From the NCBI GenBank assembly GCA_036679065.1, contig JAZIGN010000001.1, positions 192,001 through 256,000 of the forward strand: DNA of 64,000 bases, written 5' to 3'. Below, piece by piece: positions 60,572 through 64,000 of the stretch. Every line of letters starts with the position of its first letter. The first letter of the stretch is position 1. The translations under genes and the position numbers were made by a program. The notes beneath the pieces are model-generated. The model was not told where the DNA came from, ran no database searches, and was given only the letters and a program-made list of their open reading frames with translations. This DNA is from Coprothermobacterota bacterium (GTDB lineage Bacteria; Coprothermobacterota; Coprothermobacteria; Coprothermobacterales; Coprothermobacteraceae).

Positions 60572-61623
60572 GTGAACGCATATTGATGAAGGGTAATGAG
60601 GCTGTTGGCGAAGCAGCAGTGAGAGCCGGTTGTAGATTGTATTTCGGGTACCCCATAACACCTGCTAGTGAAATTGCAGAGTACATGGCATACCGCTTAC
60701 CACAGGTGGGAGGAATATTCATCCAAGCCGAGTCTGAGCTCGCTGCGTCGAACATGGTCTATGGTGCGGCAGCAGCGGGAAAGTATGCCATGACGGCCTC
60801 AAGTAGTCCTGGTATATCCCTTATGCAAGAAGCACTTTCTTATATGGCAGGAGCGGAAGTTCCAGGTTTATTTGTGGATGCTGTACGCGGCGGTCCAGGA
60901 CTGGGTGATATTCAGGCTGCTCAGAGCGATTATTTCCAATTGACCAAAGGCGGTGGCCATGGCGACTATCATTTAATTGTGTTCGCACCATACACCATAC
61001 AAGAGGTCATAAACATTATGCCCGTCGCATTTGAGACGGCTTTTAAGTATAGAAACCCTGTTGTGATTGCCATAGATGGTCTAATCGGCCAAATGATGGA
61101 AGCCGTGGAATTTCCATACTTTGTTAACCCAGATGAGATCGCGCTGCCAGATTGGGCACTGAGCGGTAAATTCCGTCATGGAAATAAGAAGAACGTAAAT
61201 ACTTCGCTGGAATTGGATCCAGAAAAACTTGAAGCCATTAACTGGCGTTTGCAAGCAAAATATCGTGAAATAGAAGAAAAAGAATCGAGATACGATTATG
61301 TAGGTGTGGACAATCCTGAGACACTGGTGGTTGCATATGGTACAGTAGCCAGGGTCACTATGTCGGCGCTTAAGAAGATGCTTGGGGAAGGTAAGAGTAT
61401 AGGGCTATTTAGGCCAATAACCATATGGCCGTTCCCAGGTAAGGCGTTAGCTCAAAAGGCTGCCAATGCAAAACGTATTGTGGCACTGGAAATGTCTGCT
61501 GGCCAAATGATTGAGGATGTGAAGTTAAGCGTGTTCGATCCCAATAAGGAATATGAGTTCCATGGACATCCAGGCGGAACAACATTTACGCCTTCCGAAA
61601 TAGAGCAAATACTAAGAGGGTGA
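60568..61623 (+). CDS. 2-oxoacid:ferredoxin oxidoreductase alpha subunit (VorB-like)
   Basis: GNEA, GYPITP, QAESE, SSSPGISL, RGGPGLG. Confidence 0.93.
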   Translation: MSERILMKGNEAVGEAAVRAGCRLYFGYPITPASEIAEYMAYRLPQVGGIFIQAESELAASNMVYGAAAAGKYAMTASSSPGISLMQEALSYMAGAEVPGLFVDAVRGGPGLGDIQAAQSDYFQLTKGGGHGDYHLIVFAPYTIQEVINIMPVAFETAFKYRNPVVIAIDGLIGQMMEAVEFPYFVNPDEIALPDWALSGKFRHGNKKNVNTSLELDPEKLEAINWRLQAKYREIEEKESRYDYVGVDNPETLVVAYGTVARVTMSALKKMLGEGKSIGLFRPITIWPFPGKALAQKAANAKRIVALEMSAGQMIEDVKLSVFDPNKEYEFHGHPGGTTFTPSEIEQILRG

Positions 61624-61628
61624 TGTGC

Positions 61629-62381
61629 ATGAAGATAGTTTATGAGAGACCAAAAACATTGGAAAAGGTGGTGAACCACTATTGCCCTGGTTGTCACCAT
61701 GGCATATTGCACGCTCTCATCGCTGAAGTCTTGGATGAAATGAATCTGGCTGACAAGACTGTTGGCGTGGCCCCGGTAGGATGCGCTGTCATGGCATACA
61801 ACTACCTAGACATTGACTGGATAGAGGCACCGCATGGACGCGCAGTAGCCATAGCTACGGGTATAAAACTAGCTCATCCAGACATTTTGGTGTTTACCTA
61901 TCAAGGAGACGGTGATGCGGCATCGATTGGCCTAGCTGAGACGCTTTATGGCGCCATTAGAGGAATAAATGTGACCACTTTCATGTACAACAACGCAATT
62001 TACGGCATGACAGGCGGACAGATGGCTCCTACCACACTCATAGGCATGAAAACTACTACATCTCCCTATGGAAGAGATCCTAGACGCGAAGGTTATCCAG
62101 TGAAAATGGCAGAAACTATTGCTTTGCAAGATGGTACGGCTTTTTCAGTCCGGAGTGCGCTTTTTAATCCGAAAGCTATCACTGAAACTAAAAACCACAT
62201 TAGGCACGCTTTTGAGCTTCAAATGAATGGTGAAGGATTTACATTCCTTGAAGTAGTTGGCACTTGCCCAACTAACTGGGGAATGACTCCTGTAGAAGCC
62301 AGCGAATTTGCAAAGAATGAAATGGTAAAGACATATCCGCTTGGGATTAAGAAAGATGTAAAAAGGAGTGAGACAAGATGA
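61629..62381 (+). CDS. 2-oxoacid:ferredoxin oxidoreductase beta (TPP-binding) subunit
   Basis: YCPGCHH, VGC, HGRA, QGDGD...NN, YGMTGGQ, CPT. Confidence 0.93.
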   Translation: MKIVYERPKTLEKVVNHYCPGCHHGILHALIAEVLDEMNLADKTVGVAPVGCAVMAYNYLDIDWIEAPHGRAVAIATGIKLAHPDILVFTYQGDGDAASIGLAETLYGAIRGINVTTFMYNNAIYGMTGGQMAPTTLIGMKTTTSPYGRDPRREGYPVKMAETIALQDGTAFSVRSALFNPKAITETKNHIRHAFELQMNGEGFTFLEVVGTCPTNWGMTPVEASEFAKNEMVKTYPLGIKKDVKRSETR

Positions 62382-62926
62382 CGCGCAACATAGTCGCAGC
62401 TGGTTTTGGGGGGCAAGGCGTCATGCTGCTAGGGCAGATCTTGGCACTAGCAGCAACTCAGAAGCAGCTAAACGCCACCTGGTTACCTTCATATGGTCCT
62501 GAGCAGCGTGGGGGAACAGCAAACTGTACGGTTGTGGTTTCTGACGAAGAAATTGGATCTCCTGTGGTGGATAAACCCATGTATGTGGTCATTATGAACA
62601 ACCCGTCCATGGAAAAGTTTGAAAAGATGGTGGAACCAAATGGTACTGTTATTTTGAACAGCACTCTTATAACATTGGAGCCCAAGCGTACTGATGTAAA
62701 TTACCTTAAAGTTCCAGCCAATGAATTGGCAGAGCAGGCTGGTTCACAGAGAAGTGCAAACATGGTCATGCTCGGAGTCATTGGTTGGCTCTGGAAAGAT
62801 ATTTTCACATTGGAAGAGTTGGAGCAGGCTATGGTCGAAAAAGTTGGCGACAAGCGTCCACAGCTGGTTGAAACCAATAAAAAGGCAATAGAACTTGGAT
62901 ATGAATTCGCCAAAAACCTTGTTTAA
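62378..62926 (+). CDS. 2-oxoacid:ferredoxin oxidoreductase gamma subunit
   Basis: GFGGQG, PSYGPEQRGG, NMVMLG. Confidence 0.93.
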   Translation: MTRNIVAAGFGGQGVMLLGQILALAATQKQLNATWLPSYGPEQRGGTANCTVVVSDEEIGSPVVDKPMYVVIMNNPSMEKFEKMVEPNGTVILNSTLITLEPKRTDVNYLKVPANELAEQAGSQRSANMVMLGVIGWLWKDIFTLEELEQAMVEKVGDKRPQLVETNKKAIELGYEFAKNLV

Positions 62927-63404
62927 GGGAAAATTCCTTGAGCTTGAACTGATACAGGAGAAATATGAAGTTGTAAGGCGCCCAGCAGCTGTGGGCGCCT
63001 TGGTTTATTGGTGTAGCCAGGAAAAAATAGTTGTGGTAAAACACAAGCGGCCCGCTGTAAACGACTGGGTGTGGGAAATAGTGGCTGGCATTGTTGAACC
63101 TGGTGAAAGTTTGATAAATGCTGTAGAAAGAGAAGTTATGGAGGAAGTCGGGCTTACTGTTAAAAGTGTTGTGGGCCTTGGATCTTTCTATCCTACTCCT
63201 GGTTACAGTGATGAAGTTATCCATCTCTTTTACGTAGAGGCTGACAACAGCAAACTTAATAGGAACGACACTGATGAAGATTTAGAGCCTTTTGCGCTTA
63301 AAATTGAAGATGTATGGAAGCTGGAGCACAAGGACATGAAAACATTACTCTCACTTTACTTGAGCAAAGCAAAAGGCTTGTTGAAGAATATGAACAATGG
63401 CTAG
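62901..63404 (+). CDS. NUDIX hydrolase (ADP-ribose pyrophosphatase-like)
   Basis: AGIVEPGE..NAVEREVMEEVG Nudix box, YPTPGYSDE, DMKT. Confidence 0.9.
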   Translation: MNSPKTLFKGKFLELELIQEKYEVVRRPAAVGALVYWCSQEKIVVVKHKRPAVNDWVWEIVAGIVEPGESLINAVEREVMEEVGLTVKSVVGLGSFYPTPGYSDEVIHLFYVEADNSKLNRNDTDEDLEPFALKIEDVWKLEHKDMKTLLSLYLSKAKGLLKNMNNG

Positions 63405-64000
63405 TCCTAAGAAAACAAGCTTCACCTAGGACTGTACGTTCTTACCTAAAGGATGTTGACGATTTCTTAGCTTTTGTGGAACAGGAGCGTTCCACCGACA
63501 TTGAGTTGTTTAAACAGTTCCTTCACGATAAGGGACTTTCTCCTTCAACAGTAGCAAGAAAACTTTCAGCTGTTTCTTCTTTTTCTGCTTTCCTTAGAAG
63601 ACAGGGTATAGCACTTGAATTTGAAAGGCCAAAGGTAAAAATACCTCAAAAGCTCATGCAAGTGCCTAACTGGAATGATCTTGACCAGCTTGTAGACCAA
63701 GTACAAGATCACGAGGTAAGATTGGCGCTAAGAATGATGCTCCATTGTGGTTTACGAGCTTCTGAAGTACTTGAACTTCGATGGTCAGACATAGGCGACG
63801 ATTATATGCTGGTTAGAGGGAAGGGTGGAAAACAGCGCATGCTACCCGTATCTGAAGCCATCAGAACAGATATTGAGTCAATCAAGAGAAAGGGTTCTTA
63901 TGTGTTTTGCGACAAAAAAGGAAAGAAAAGGTCTAGAGTCTGGTTGTGGCGAAAGACCCGAGCTTTTCTAGGTACACATCCTCACATTCTCAGACACGCT
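63314..64000 (+). CDS. Tyrosine recombinase XerD/XerC family, 3' truncated by window edge
   Basis: Read manually: SPRTVRSYLKD, STVARKLSAV, CGLRASE, RGKGGKQR, HPHILRH; nudix-xer order; start approximate. Confidence 0.88.
   Translation, partial: MEAGAQGHENITLTLLEQSKRLVEEYEQWLVLRKQASPRTVRSYLKDVDDFLAFVEQERSTDIELFKQFLHDKGLSPSTVARKLSAVSSFSAFLRRQGIALEFERPKVKIPQKLMQVPNWNDLDQLVDQVQDHEVRLALRMMLHCGLRASEVLELRWSDIGDDYMLVRGKGGKQRMLPVSEAIRTDIESIKRKGSYVFCDKKGKKRSRVWLWRKTRAFLGTHPHILRHA

Noticed and set aside
63314..64000. Tyrosine recombinase as a prophage or island integrase
   Set aside because: Overlaps a housekeeping nudix gene in the usual nudix-xer order; no att repeat or phage genes in view

Overview
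A very compact, almost entirely plus-strand core-genome segment from an anaerobic, probably thermophilic bacterium with Firmicutes-like gene order. It resembles Coprothermobacter, but that is an inference and was not checked. It holds about 65 CDS. Housekeeping blocks are rpiB-glyA-upp-tagO-wecB-murA-csaB, rapZ-whiA-rpoN-gap-pgk-tpiA-secG, rpsO-pnp-udg-rnj, rpsB-tsf-pyrH-frr-cdsA-dxr-rseP-ispG-proS, dcd-glmU-prs-rplY-pth-mfd-hisS-aspS and efp-asp23-nusB-dxs-nadK-recN. It also has lexA, a tRNA-Leu(TAA), two ferredoxins flanking rpsT, an anti-sigma/SigB-family pair, a pilB-pilT-pilC trio, a buk-ptb-buk-NTPase-2-oxoacid:ferredoxin oxidoreductase cluster and a partial XerD-like gene. No CRISPR array, IS element or prophage is visible. 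The most unusual observation is a protein gene whose ATG begins on the base right after the encoded CCA of tRNA-Leu, suggesting tRNA 3' processing releases a leaderless mRNA. Others are an apparently kinase-dead RsbW with no adjacent RsbV, an exonuclease-only gene at the polA position, a miniature sigma-54, and candidate ATA/CTG start codons. All calls come from motif recognition and gene order; no database search was run.
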